This document shows, piece after piece, positions 29,030 through 40,293 of a DNA stretch of 64,000 bases. The DNA comes from Candidatus Shapirobacteria bacterium (lineage in GTDB: Bacteria; Patescibacteriota; Microgenomatia; UBA12405), in NCBI GenBank assembly GCA_022837635.1, contig JALHFY010000002.1, forward strand, positions 5,055 to 69,054, given 5' to 3'. The notes beneath the pieces are model-generated. The model did no database searches. It had not been told where the DNA came from and saw nothing but the letters and a program-made list of their open reading frames with translations. Position 1 is the stretch's first letter, and each line of letters begins with the position of its first letter. The position numbers and the translations under genes are program-made.

Positions 29030-29810
29030 TTTTGGCAGTAATAAATAAATCAGGAGCTAATTTTTTAATATCGTGATATTGATAATTGTTTTCCATAAAA
29101 GAAACACCTTTACCTAAAACAGTTTTAGCGATAATACAGGCGGGGTAAATAGAGGAGTCTTTGGATTTTTTAAGAACTCTTTCTAATTCATAAAAGTTAT
29201 GACCATCAACAGTGGTAACTGTCCAACCAAAACGGAGGTATTTGCCGGCCAGTTCTTCTAATGGCATAATTTCTTGGGTGGTACCACCAATTTGGCAACC
29301 ATTGTAATCAACGATACTGATGAGATTACCTAAATGAAACTTGTTGGCGGCCATAATGGCTTCCCAGACCTGACCTTCATTGTGTTCGCCATCAGAACTG
29401 AGACAAACTACATGACGTTTGGGGTCACCTAGGGCTAGACCAATAGAATAAGACAGGCCTTGGCCCAAGGAACCGGCTGAATAATTGACACCAGGGGTGT
29501 CAATGGTGGCGTGGCCTTGAAGTCGAGAATTAAATTGAGCAAAGGTAAAAAGCTCTTGTTTGTCAAAATAACCGGCATCAGCCAAAACGGCATAAAGAGA
29601 AGCACAGAGATGACCGGCAGAGAGAATAAAGTGGTCTTTTTTGAAATTGAATAATTTGGAGTTATAGAGAGAAATCAATATATCTAATGAGGAAAAGGCA
29701 CTACCGATATGACCAAAACCGGCATGATTAATCATCTCTAAAATATCCAAACGTAGAGATCGGGCTTTGGAATGAAGCGGATGGGTTTTCAGGGCAGAAA
29801 ACGGAGCCAT
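29010..29810 (-). CDS. tktN: transketolase, N-terminal (TPP-binding) subunit
   Basis: GHIGSAFS..., LSSDGEHNEGQVWEAIMAANKFHLGNLISIVDYNG. Confidence 0.8.
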   Translation of the reverse strand: MAPFSALKTHPLHSKARSLRLDILEMINHAGFGHIGSAFSSLDILISLYNSKLFNFKKDHFILSAGHLCASLYAVLADAGYFDKQELFTFAQFNSRLQGHATIDTPGVNYSAGSLGQGLSYSIGLALGDPKRHVVCLSSDGEHNEGQVWEAIMAANKFHLGNLISIVDYNGCQIGGTTQEIMPLEELAGKYLRFGWTVTTVDGHNFYELERVLKKSKDSSIYPACIIAKTVLGKGVSFMENNYQYHDIKKLAPDLFITAKNELQKY

Positions 29811-29830
29811 AATTAAGTATAGGCTAAAAT

Positions 29831-30385
29831 GTGCTACATTACATTACTGTGGAAGATTTAGTTAAAAAATACCAAAAAAGTGTGGCCGGTTTTGTTCGGA
29901 AACGGATTGATGATGAAGGAGTGGTAGAGGAATTAACTCAGGATATTTTATGGGCGGCCGGTCGGGCTTGGCCAAGTTTTTCGGGAAAATCAAGTGAATT
30001 TTCTTTTATTTGTGGTATTGCCAAACATAAAATTGCCGATTATTACCGCAAAAAGAAGTTGAAAACAATCTTGTTTTCAGTGAATCCTAAATTTGAAGAG
30101 ATTGCCGATCAGGCTATAGGGCCGGAACGAGATGCTCTCAAAGAAGAATTGAAGGCGGAGATTAAAAAAACTTTGAGTGAGTTGAGAGCAGATTATGAAA
30201 AAATATTGCGACTTAAATATGTAGACGGCTGGAAGAGTAGTCAAATTGCCAAACTGATGAAATTAAGCTTGAAAGCAGTCGAATCCAGGCTGGTAAGGGC
30301 TAGAAAAAAATTCCAGAGTCTATGGGTATATGACAAGAAAACGAATAAAGAATTTGTTCAAAATCGGAGCTCTAATTGGGATTAG
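29831..30385 (+). CDS. sigma-70 family RNA polymerase sigma factor (ECF-like)
   Basis: Region 2 (...ELTQDILWAAGRAW...ICGIAKHKIADYYRKK) and region 4 HTH (ILRLKYVDGWKSSQIAKLMKLSLKAVESRLVRARKKF). Confidence 0.7.
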   Translation: MLHYITVEDLVKKYQKSVAGFVRKRIDDEGVVEELTQDILWAAGRAWPSFSGKSSEFSFICGIAKHKIADYYRKKKLKTILFSVNPKFEEIADQAIGPERDALKEELKAEIKKTLSELRADYEKILRLKYVDGWKSSQIAKLMKLSLKAVESRLVRARKKFQSLWVYDKKTNKEFVQNRSSNWD

Positions 30386-30671
30386 ACAGGGGTATTTTTT
30401 GGGACGGAATTTATACGAATTATTAAGAGAACCTTATCTGACCTTAAAAGAATTAAAAGAGTCTTGGGACAAGTCGCAGATATTTTTAATCAGCCTGACT
30501 GCCCTATCGCCGCTGATTTGGTATTTAATTTTGAGAATCATTTATGACTTAATCAAACATGGTCGTTTGATTTTGGTAACCGGGCCGGTGTTTGAACTGG
30601 TGGTGGCAATAGAAATTTTGATTTTTTTATACCTGATTTATTGGGTGTTAATGGTGTTGAGAGAAAAATAA
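30330..30671 (+). CDS. hypothetical membrane protein immediately downstream of the sigma factor (possible anti-sigma)
   Basis: Two or three TM helices; overlaps the sigma gene 3' end, so the start is uncertain. Confidence 0.25.
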   Translation: MTRKRIKNLFKIGALIGIRQGYFLGRNLYELLREPYLTLKELKESWDKSQIFLISLTALSPLIWYLILRIIYDLIKHGRLILVTGPVFELVVAIEILIFLYLIYWVLMVLREK

Positions 30672-30895
30672 TGGAAGTACCAAGATATTGGAGGCTGAAA
30701 AAGCAATACTATCAATTGATTGGGGAAAATTGTCCTCATTGTCAGGAAAAAATTTTTCCACCACGGGATATTTGTCCTCGTTGTCAACACAATACCTTTA
30801 TTTTCCCTGAAACGGAGGAGAATAGACAAAAATATTGGGAGGCGAGAGGAATATTAGTACCCCAAAGAGTGGATATAGATAAGACAGTGATTTAA
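30671..30895 (+). CDS. small zinc-ribbon protein
   Basis: CPHCQ...CPRCQ Cys4 motif in about 75 aa. Confidence 0.35.
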   Translation: MEVPRYWRLKKQYYQLIGENCPHCQEKIFPPRDICPRCQHNTFIFPETEENRQKYWEARGILVPQRVDIDKTVI

Positions 30896-30905
30896 TCCTG
30901 ATTAG

Positions 30906-30979
30906 TGGAGTCGCGGGCGGGAGTCGAACCCGCCTGAACGGTTTTGCAGACCGCTGTCTAACCGCTTGACTACCGCGAC
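30906..30979 (-). tRNA. tRNA-Cys (GCA)
   Basis: Minus-strand cloverleaf GTCGCGG...CCGCGAC with discriminator T and CCA; anticodon loop CTGCAAA; T-loop GGGTTCGACTCCC. Confidence 0.85.
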
Positions 30980-31046
30980 AGAGAATCGGTTATGCGTGAT
31001 TTTAACCTATTTTTAGACTACTTGCTACTTGGAAATAATTTATTAA

Positions 31047-31349
31047 TTAGGTGACGGAGGGACTAAGTTTAGGAAAGAAACCTGGTTGGATTTCATCTTT
31101 TTTAGCAACTAAATCTAAGATGATGCCACAATTTGAGAAATCATCAGTGGTAATTTTTCTGATTCTGGGCACAGTGAGATTGATTCGAGCATCTTTGCGA
31201 TGAGGTGAAATTACTCCAAAACACCAAGGTTCTAAATCACAGCGGCCACAAATACTAGCCATATCATCACCTTTTTCGTTGGGAGCAACGGAAAAACGAA
31301 GTTGGTCATGATAACGACGAGGTTCGTTAATAAGATGTGCTTCAGGCAT
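31047..31349 (-). CDS. hypothetical Cys-containing protein
   Basis: 100-aa ORF with a CGRCDLEPWC motif; no family recognised. Confidence 0.3.
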   Translation of the reverse strand: MPEAHLINEPRRYHDQLRFSVAPNEKGDDMASICGRCDLEPWCFGVISPHRKDARINLTVPRIRKITTDDFSNCGIILDLVAKKDEIQPGFFPKLSPSVT

Positions 31350-31402
31350 AATTTTATTGTAGCATACTTGACAAATATTAAATATTATGGGATAATATTG
31401 AT

Positions 31403-31750
31403 ATGGAAAAAAGAATTCCTCTAAAAATAAAGGCAGTTACTTGTGCAGCTTTAGCTCTAGGGGCTTTGACTGGATGTGATAAGTCTAATAAATATCCAGA
31501 AAAAGGTGATACTGGCACCGCCACAGCTAACTTGAAAGTGGTAATTGACTATAACCAGATTGCTTATGATAAGGATGAATGTGAAATAAATATTAATGAT
31601 AGGGTTAGTTTAGTGGATGAAAGCTATTTGAGAGGCTGGTATGAAACTTTAGGTCAAAAGATTATTTACCAGCTTAAATCTGATAAAGGTTGTACCGGTT
31701 GGGCAAGCTACAATGAAGTCAAAGAGGGTATTGATTGGGACGAAAAATAA
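31403..31750 (+). CDS. lipoprotein, hypothetical
   Basis: Signal peptide with lipobox ALTGC. Confidence 0.45.
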   Translation: MEKRIPLKIKAVTCAALALGALTGCDKSNKYPEKGDTGTATANLKVVIDYNQIAYDKDECEININDRVSLVDESYLRGWYETLGQKIIYQLKSDKGCTGWASYNEVKEGIDWDEK

Positions 31751-31753
31751 GAT

Positions 31754-34393
31754 CTAATTTTTTTCTTCAATGGCGGCTTGGGCGGCGGAGAGTCGAGCCA
31801 CGGGTACGCGGTAAGGACTGCAAGAAACATAATCCAGTCCGATTTTATGGCAAAACTTGATAGTAGCCGGATCGCCACCATGTTCACCACAAATACCGAT
31901 ATTAAGCTGAGGATTAACTCCCCTACCTAGCTTGACCGCCATTTCCATTAATTTACCGACACCGACAGTATCCAGAGTTTTGAAAGGATCTTCGGGCAGG
32001 ATTTTTTGGTTCAAATAATCTTTAAGGAATTTACCGGCATCATCACGGGAAAAACCAAAACTCATTTGGGTCAAATCGTTGGTGCCAAAAGAGAAGAAGT
32101 CAGCTTCAGTGGCAATTTGATCGGCAGTTAGAGCCGCTCGGGGAATCTCAATCATGGTACCGATTTGATAATCCATAGTAACAGCATATTTTTTGATAGT
32201 TTCGGTAATGACGGGGACTAATTGATCTTTGAGCCATTTCATTTCATTGACTTCGCCAATCAAGGGAATCATGATTTCAGGAACCACTTTTTCACCTTCT
32301 TTAATCAACTCACAAGCAGCCTCGATGATAGCTCTGACCTGCATTTTGGAAATTTCAGGATAACTAATACCCAGACGACAACCGCGGTGACCCATCATCG
32401 GATTGAGTTCATGAAGAGAGTCAACCTTGGCGGACAATTTTTCATAAGAAATACCCATTTCAGCGGCTAAAGCTTCAATCTCTTTTTTAGTGTGAGGTAA
32501 AAATTCATGCAAAGGTGGATCTAAGAGGCGGATTTTAACCGGGAGACCTTTCATAATTTTGAAAAGCTGTTTAAAGTCATTTTTTTGCATGGGGAAGATT
32601 TTGGCCAGAGCCGCTTCCCGTTGCTCAACAGTATCAGAGATGATCATTTGGCGAACGGCAAAGACTCGGTCGGCTTCGAAAAACATATGTTCAGTGCGAC
32701 ACAGACCGATACCTTCGGCACCAAAATCGCTAGCGGTTTGAGCATCATGAGGAGTATCGGCATTGGTACGGACACCTAATTTTTTGTATTTATCAGCCCA
32801 ACTCATAATGGTAGCAAAATAACCGGAAAGTTCGGGGTTAACTGTAGGCACTTCGCCCAAGAAAACCTCACCGGTACTACCATCGAGGGTGATTAAATCA
32901 CCTTCAGAAACAACGACGTCAGCAACTTTGAATTTCTTTTCCAGAGCAGAAACAGTGATACTTTCAGCCCCGGCAACACAACATTTACCCATACCTCTGG
33001 CGACCACGGCAGCATGAGAGGTCATGCCACCGCGAGCGGTTAAAATACCCTCGGCGGCATTCATGCCGGCAATGTCTTCGGGGGAGGTTTCGGCCCGGAC
33101 CAAAATGACTTTTTTACCGGCTTCTTTCCAATTAACGGCAGTATCGGCGTCAAAAACGGCGTGACCAACACCGGCGCCGGGTGAAGCGGGTAGACCGGTA
33201 GCGATAACCTTAAAATCAGCTTTAGCTTTGGGATCCAGAGTAGGATGTAATAATTGGTCGAGTTTCTCCGGCTCGATACGCAACAGAGCTTCTTTTTCGG
33301 AAATAAGTTTTTCTTTGACTAAATCAACCGCAATTTTAATGGAGGCGGGAGCGGTCCGTTTACCGTTTCTGGTTTGAAGAATAAAAAGAGTCCCGTTTTC
33401 GATAGTAAACTCGACATCCTGCATATCGCGATAGTGTTTTTCCAATTTATCAAAGATAGTTAATAATTCTTTATAGGCCACTTCATTGTCCTCTTTGAGA
33501 GCGTCCAAATGTTTGGGGGTACGGATACCGGCAACCACGTCTTCACCTTGAGCATTCATTAGATATTCACCATAGGGTAAATTTTCTCCGGTAGAGGGAT
33601 TTCTGGTAAAAGCGACACCGGTACCGGAATCAGCGCCCAGATTGCCAAAAACCATAGCTTGAATGTTGACAGCAGTACCAAAAACCTTGGATTCATCGAT
33701 ATGATTTAGTTGGCGATAGGTAATGGCTCGGGCATTGTTCCAAGAGCCAATGACGGCGCCAATAGCACCCCAAAGTTGAGTTTCGGCATCATCAGGGAAG
33801 GGACGATTTTTTTCAATTTCAAAGATTTTTTTATAACCAGCGACCACTGTTTGCCAATCGTCGGCGGTCATATCGGTATCTTCTTTGATGGCTTTTTGAG
33901 ATTTAACTTTATTGATGACATGCTCGAATTTTTCATGATCGATGTTTTCGACGACATTGCTGTACATCTGAACAAAGCGACGGTAGGAGTCCCAGGCAAA
34001 GCGAGGATTGCCCGTAGTTTCGGCAATACTTTTAACAACTTCTTCATTAAGACCGAGGTTTAAGATAGTGTCCATCATCCCCGGCATGGAGGCAGCAGCA
34101 CCGGAGCGGACGGAAACTAAAAGCGGGTTTTTGAGATCACCAAATTTTTTACCGGTGGCAGCTTCTAGTTTTTTTAAGTTAGCGTCAACTTCTTTTTTGA
34201 GAGTGGCGGGATATTTTTGATTATTTTGATAATAAGCACGGCAAACTTCGGTGGAAATAGTAAAACCGGGAGGAACAGGAATACCCAGCTTACTCATTTC
34301 GGCCAAGTTGGCCCCTTTGCCACCTAGTAAAAATTTTTGTGAGGCGTCGCCTTCACTTTGTTTGTTACCAAAGAAATAGACTAATTTTTTCAT
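31754..34393 (-). CDS. ppdK: pyruvate, phosphate dikinase
   Basis: 879 aa, N-terminal ...LLGGKGANLAEMSKLGIPVPPGFTIST..., phospho-His region GGMTSHAAVVARGMG, PEP-utilising C-terminal TIM barrel. Confidence 0.9.
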   Translation of the reverse strand: MKKLVYFFGNKQSEGDASQKFLLGGKGANLAEMSKLGIPVPPGFTISTEVCRAYYQNNQKYPATLKKEVDANLKKLEAATGKKFGDLKNPLLVSVRSGAAASMPGMMDTILNLGLNEEVVKSIAETTGNPRFAWDSYRRFVQMYSNVVENIDHEKFEHVINKVKSQKAIKEDTDMTADDWQTVVAGYKKIFEIEKNRPFPDDAETQLWGAIGAVIGSWNNARAITYRQLNHIDESKVFGTAVNIQAMVFGNLGADSGTGVAFTRNPSTGENLPYGEYLMNAQGEDVVAGIRTPKHLDALKEDNEVAYKELLTIFDKLEKHYRDMQDVEFTIENGTLFILQTRNGKRTAPASIKIAVDLVKEKLISEKEALLRIEPEKLDQLLHPTLDPKAKADFKVIATGLPASPGAGVGHAVFDADTAVNWKEAGKKVILVRAETSPEDIAGMNAAEGILTARGGMTSHAAVVARGMGKCCVAGAESITVSALEKKFKVADVVVSEGDLITLDGSTGEVFLGEVPTVNPELSGYFATIMSWADKYKKLGVRTNADTPHDAQTASDFGAEGIGLCRTEHMFFEADRVFAVRQMIISDTVEQREAALAKIFPMQKNDFKQLFKIMKGLPVKIRLLDPPLHEFLPHTKKEIEALAAEMGISYEKLSAKVDSLHELNPMMGHRGCRLGISYPEISKMQVRAIIEAACELIKEGEKVVPEIMIPLIGEVNEMKWLKDQLVPVITETIKKYAVTMDYQIGTMIEIPRAALTADQIATEADFFSFGTNDLTQMSFGFSRDDAGKFLKDYLNQKILPEDPFKTLDTVGVGKLMEMAVKLGRGVNPQLNIGICGEHGGDPATIKFCHKIGLDYVSCSPYRVPVARLSAAQAAIEEKN

Positions 34394-34440
34394 ACACTAC
34401 TAATGTAACAGACGACGCCTGATTCGACCAGAGTGAATTT

Positions 34441-36105
<1,665 letters not shown>

Positions 36106-36132
36106 TTAGATAAATAGATAATTAGTAAATAG

Positions 36133-36420
36133 TTATTTAATAAGAGCCATGATGTCTTCGAATTTAAGAATGAGGAGATTTTTGTCGCCCTCTTTATATT
36201 CTTTGCCACCCCACTCGCGATAAATAACAGTATCACCGACAGCACAGGGAGCTTTGATTTCGTGACCATCATCAAAGATAGGACCACCAACAGCTAAGAC
36301 TTTACCGGATTGAGGTTTTTCTTCGTGAGATTCAGGTAAAACGATACCGGAAGTAGTAGTGGTTTCGGCCTTGATAGGCTCAACTAAAATGTAACCGGAA
36401 ACGGGTTGAATATGGGACAT
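36133..36420 (-). CDS. groES: co-chaperonin GroES
   Basis: 95 aa, ...GYILVEPIKAETTTTSGIVLPE...GKVLAVG... Confidence 0.9.
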   Translation of the reverse strand: MSHIQPVSGYILVEPIKAETTTTSGIVLPESHEEKPQSGKVLAVGGPIFDDGHEIKAPCAVGDTVIYREWGGKEYKEGDKNLLILKFEDIMALIK

Positions 36421-36441
36421 AAAATTTTTTTGAACTTATAA

Positions 36442-36468
36442 TTATCAGTCGGACAGGTAGACTGCTAA
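36442..36468. promoter_or_regulatory. CIRCE-like inverted repeat (putative HrcA operator) upstream of groES
   Basis: On the minus strand TTAGCAGTC-N9-GACTGATAA versus consensus TTAGCACTC-N9-GAGTGCTAA; sits between the groES start and the divergent gene. Confidence 0.45.
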
Positions 36469-36517
36469 TATTATAGCCAAAAGAGAAAATAGGTCAAGGG
36501 GTTTGAGATAATAAGTT

Positions 36518-37357
36518 GTGAAATTAATTAAAACCAGACTGGGACAAAGCAAGTTTTATTATAGAAGTGATGATAGATTTATTGGTCAAAGGGTGGCGTT
36601 GGGAAAATATGAGCCTTATGAAACGAAGTTGATTTTAAGACAGTTGAAAGCAAATCAAGTGGTGATAGATGTGGGAGCCAATATCGGTTATTACACTATA
36701 TTAATAGCGGATAAGGTGAAAAGGGTTTACGCCCTGGAGCCGGACAAAACTAACTTCGAAATTTTGAAAAAAAATATTTTGGCGAATAATTTAAAAAATG
36801 TGGTGGCGATAAGAGCGGCGGCGGGAAGTAAAAAGAGTCGACTAAATCTGTATAAGTCAAAAGAGAATTTGGGTGACCATAAATTATATAAAATCCCTCT
36901 CGTCCCGCCGGAGCGGGACGTATCTCCCTTTGAAGAAAGGGAGAAGGTAAAGGTAATTAAGTTAGATGAATTAGTGAAAGAACAGGTGGATTTAATTAAA
37001 ATCGATACTCAAGGGTGGGAGCCGGAAGTGGTGGCGGGGGCGAAAAAAATAATTACCAAAGATAAACCAATAATTTTTATGGAATATTCCCCTGCCAGAT
37101 ATAAAATCGCGGGATTGGATGGAAAAAAGATGATGCGATTTTTGCGAAAAATTTACAAAAACATCTGGTGGATTGATGAGTGGTTGTATATTTATAAAAA
37201 TCTGGAACAAAGAAAAATTGATGCCATTTGTGCCACTAATAAAACAGGTTATGTAGACTTGTGGATGAAAAAAGAGGTGGGTTGGAATGATAGAATGGGA
37301 CAGATTAAAGATTTGAGAGTTAAGAAATTAATCAAAAAAATATTGAAATATGAATAA
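36518..37357 (+). CDS. FkbM-family methyltransferase
   Basis: VIDVGANIGYYTILIA... (MTase FkbM domain). Confidence 0.55.
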   Translation: MKLIKTRLGQSKFYYRSDDRFIGQRVALGKYEPYETKLILRQLKANQVVIDVGANIGYYTILIADKVKRVYALEPDKTNFEILKKNILANNLKNVVAIRAAAGSKKSRLNLYKSKENLGDHKLYKIPLVPPERDVSPFEEREKVKVIKLDELVKEQVDLIKIDTQGWEPEVVAGAKKIITKDKPIIFMEYSPARYKIAGLDGKKMMRFLRKIYKNIWWIDEWLYIYKNLEQRKIDAICATNKTGYVDLWMKKEVGWNDRMGQIKDLRVKKLIKKILKYE

Positions 37358-38075
37358 TCTTCAAGACAAAATTGCAGTGGTTACTGGGGCCGGAGATGGA
37401 TTGGGAAAACAAATATCTCTAGATTTGGCTAAGAATGGAGCTAAGGTTATTTTAGTTTCCAAGATAGAAGAAGAAATAATAAAAGGTAAAGAGGAAATTG
37501 AAAATATGGGCGAGGAAGCAGATTATTATATGTGTGATGTCTCAAAGGTTGAGGAAGTAAATGAAGTAGCAAAAAAGATTTTAGATAAATATCAAAAAAT
37601 AGACATTTTAGTGAATAATGCAGGAGTTTATTTTGCAGGTAGCTTTTTTGAAGTAAATAATGATCAAGCTAAAAAAATGATAGAAGTGAATACTTTGGGA
37701 ACGATTTACTGTACCAAGGCTTTTTTACCGAGCATGAAAGAGCGAAATGAAGGTCAAGTTTTGAATGTGGTTTCTGTAGCTGGGATTGAAGCTAATGGAG
37801 AATACACTTTGTATACTACCAGTAAATTTGCTGTCACTGGTTTTACTGAAGCACTGAGACAAGAGTTAATTAATACAAAAATAAAAGTTTCGGCAATTTA
37901 TCCTGAAGGAATTAGGACTAATATTTTTGCTAATTCTGGTGGTCGTGATTATACAAAAGAGGAACCAAACACACTAATGGATCCAAAGGATGTATCTGAA
38001 GTGGCTATGTTGATACTGAAACAACCAGCAGATATTAACCTAAGCAGAATTGATATTAGAAAGAAAATTTTTTAA
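37350..38075 (+). CDS. SDR-family oxidoreductase
   Basis: KIAVVTGAGDGLG (TGxxxGxG), NNAG, YTTSKFAV (YxxxK). Confidence 0.75.
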   Translation: MNNLQDKIAVVTGAGDGLGKQISLDLAKNGAKVILVSKIEEEIIKGKEEIENMGEEADYYMCDVSKVEEVNEVAKKILDKYQKIDILVNNAGVYFAGSFFEVNNDQAKKMIEVNTLGTIYCTKAFLPSMKERNEGQVLNVVSVAGIEANGEYTLYTTSKFAVTGFTEALRQELINTKIKVSAIYPEGIRTNIFANSGGRDYTKEEPNTLMDPKDVSEVAMLILKQPADINLSRIDIRKKIF

Positions 38076-38090
38076 CAGGTAAAATTAGTC

Positions 38091-39356
38091 ATGGGGAAAA
38101 TAAAACAGATTGAAGCCAGAGAGATTTTGGCGAGTGGCGGAGCGCCGACAGTGGAAGCCACAGCAATTTTAGAGTCGGGAGTGGTGGGAGAGGCATCGGT
38201 GTCATATGGCGCCAGTGCCGGCAGTAAAGAGGCAGTGGTGTTGTTGGATGCTGATTCCAGACGCTTTAACGGCAAGGGAATGTTGAAGGCTTTGTCCCAT
38301 ATTAAGGAAAAAATCGCACCGACCATAATCGGTATGGAAGGCTTGAAAAATATTGATCAAAAGATGTTGGAACTGGATGGTACCGATAATAAAGAAAATT
38401 TGGGAGGTAATGCGATTTTAGCGGTAAGTATGGCTTATGCCAGAGCTCAAGCGATAGAAAACAAACAAATGCTCTACGAGTATTTACAAAACGAATTTGA
38501 ATTACCGAAAAGTACCAAGTTACCAAAACCGATGGTGGTGATGATTGAGGGTGGTAAACATGCGGACAACAGCACCGATTTGCAGGAATATTTAATCTCA
38601 GCCTTGGGCAATAAAGGGGCGGCGGAAAATGTGCGAATGACAATGGAAATTTATGAGGCCTTAAAAAAGATTTTAGGGAGTGAAGGTAAATCAACTAATG
38701 TTGGTAATGAAGGCGCTTTTGCTCCCAACGGGATTGAAAATAATGAAAAAGCGATGGAATATTTGCTGAGGGCGATTGAGGATGCCGATTACCAACCCGG
38801 AGTAGAGGCGGGCATTTCTTTGGATGCAGCGGCATCGGAATTTTATAATCAGGAAACTCAAAAATACCACTTAAAATTGGAAAACAGGGATTTTAGTCCG
38901 GAAGAATTGATTGAATATTTTGCTCAATGGATAGGCAAATATCCTTTTGTCAGTTGGGAGGATATGTTGTCGGAATACGACTGGGAAAATTGGCCAAAGT
39001 TGGTAGAAAAAGTGGAGGGAAAAATAAAAATTGTGGCTGATGATTTAACAGTCACTAATACGAAGTTGTGGCAAGAAGCGATTGAAAAAAAAGCAGCGAC
39101 AGCAATTTTGATAAAACTGAATCAGGCGGGAACGGTGAGTGAAACAATTGAATGTTGTAAATTGGCAATAGAGAAGGAGTTGTGGACTATCCCCTCTCAT
39201 CGAGGCGGTGGAGAATCAAATGATACTTTTTTGGTAGATTTGGCGGTGGCAGTAGGAAGTGAATATATTAAAGTCGGACCGACTAGAGGAGAAAGAGTGG
39301 CAAAATACAACCGATTGATGAGAATTGAAGAATATTTAAACCCTCAGTCCCGATAA
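38091..39356 (+). CDS. eno: enolase
   Basis: MGKIKQIEAREIL..., SHRGGGESNDTFLVDLAVA..., KYNRLMRIEE. Confidence 0.9.
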   Translation: MGKIKQIEAREILASGGAPTVEATAILESGVVGEASVSYGASAGSKEAVVLLDADSRRFNGKGMLKALSHIKEKIAPTIIGMEGLKNIDQKMLELDGTDNKENLGGNAILAVSMAYARAQAIENKQMLYEYLQNEFELPKSTKLPKPMVVMIEGGKHADNSTDLQEYLISALGNKGAAENVRMTMEIYEALKKILGSEGKSTNVGNEGAFAPNGIENNEKAMEYLLRAIEDADYQPGVEAGISLDAAASEFYNQETQKYHLKLENRDFSPEELIEYFAQWIGKYPFVSWEDMLSEYDWENWPKLVEKVEGKIKIVADDLTVTNTKLWQEAIEKKAATAILIKLNQAGTVSETIECCKLAIEKELWTIPSHRGGGESNDTFLVDLAVAVGSEYIKVGPTRGERVAKYNRLMRIEEYLNPQSR

Positions 39357-39359
39357 ATC

Positions 39360-39430
39360 GGGACAGCTCCCTTGAAAAAGGAGCCTCCCTTCATCAAGGG
39401 AGGTGCTCCAATATCTATTGGAGCGGTGGG
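39360..39430. terminator. bidirectional hairpin pair between convergent eno and gpm
   Basis: GGAGCCTCCCTT-catc-AAGGGAGGTGCTCC and GCTCCAATA-tct-ATTGGAGC stem-loops. Confidence 0.4.
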
Positions 39431-39432
39431 TT

Positions 39433-39999
39433 TTAAATTTTGTATTCGAAATATTGATCGTAGGGGATGGTCCAGGAAACTGTGTCTTCGATGCTGGCAT
39501 TTTCCATGATTTTTCTAAAGAGGCGGATGGAATTGCCGTGAGCGGAAATGGCGATACCCAGATTTTGACCGGTATAATTTTTCTTTAGATCCTCAATAAA
39601 GGATTTAACTCTGATTTCGACATCAGCAAAAGATTCGCCATTGTTGGCTTTGTCGGCCCAACCACGGTGCCATTTGTCAAACTGTTCTTGACCATATTTT
39701 TCGATAGTTTCGGCGTGAGTGTGACCGGCCAAATCACCATAAGAACGTTCAATTATGCGGTCGTCGGTAATAATGTTTTGACATTCGGGATGAAATTTAA
39801 GAACTTCATTGAGAGTATCAACAGCTCGGGAAAGTCGACTGGTGTAAGCGACATCAATTTTTTTATCTTTAAGCATTTGCCCCAAAGCCTTGGCCTGTTC
39901 AACACCCAAGGGAGTTAATTTAGAATCAAGCCAGCCAGTAAAAGTTTTACTGAGATTAAATTCAGATTGTCCGTGACGGAAGAGATAAATGTTTGACAT
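39433..39999 (-). CDS. gpm: histidine-phosphatase superfamily protein (phosphoglycerate mutase-like)
   Basis: LFRHGQSEFN (RHG motif), ...SRLSRAVDT..., ...ISAHGNSIR. Confidence 0.7.
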   Translation of the reverse strand: MSNIYLFRHGQSEFNLSKTFTGWLDSKLTPLGVEQAKALGQMLKDKKIDVAYTSRLSRAVDTLNEVLKFHPECQNIITDDRIIERSYGDLAGHTHAETIEKYGQEQFDKWHRGWADKANNGESFADVEIRVKSFIEDLKKNYTGQNLGIAISAHGNSIRLFRKIMENASIEDTVSWTIPYDQYFEYKI

Positions 40000-40029
40000 A
40001 GAGTAATTATATGCTAGAATTTCTTAAAT

Positions 40030-40240
40030 TTGGAACGCGTTGATGGGGACATAATACACCCCCGGAGTATATCGACAAAATCGATAAGGGTTCTCCCTAA
40101 ACAGAGATAGAGTATCACTGCGAAAGCAAGTACTCGATAATAAGGTAGATAATTTTTTATCTACGAAACAAGGTGGTACCGTGAGAAGCCCTCACCCTTG
40201 TAAGACCTTTTTGGTCTTATAAGGGCGAGGGCTTTTTTTG
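40030..40240 (+). promoter_or_regulatory. T-box riboswitch leader with terminator
   Basis: Conserved T-box sequence AAGGUGGUACCGUG at 40169-40182 (consensus AGGGUGGNACCGCG). An immediately following ~20-bp terminator hairpin GCCCTCACCCTTGTAAGACC/GGTCTTATAAGGGCGAGGGC plus T7 at 40188-40239 has a 5' arm overlapping the T-box (antiterminator/terminator alternative). Upstream stem-I-like elements are an AGAGA box and AGUA...GAAA distal loop. Confidence 0.6.
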
Positions 40241-40293
40241 TACCGACGGTGACCGAACAGTTAGGTGACGCTCTGTAAAAGCGTTTTAAGCAA

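Noticed and set aside
32222-34220. Plus-strand ORFs inside ppdK (32222-32470, 32559-32779, 33710-34063, 34008-34220)
   Set aside because: They are embedded in the 879-aa PPDK gene on the other strand; their composition is that of antisense coding sequence.
40188-40239. Hairpin + T7 as a stand-alone terminator for the minus-strand gpm gene
   Set aside because: The U-tract is on the plus strand and the hairpin's 5' arm overlaps the T-box sequence, so it is the T-box leader terminator.
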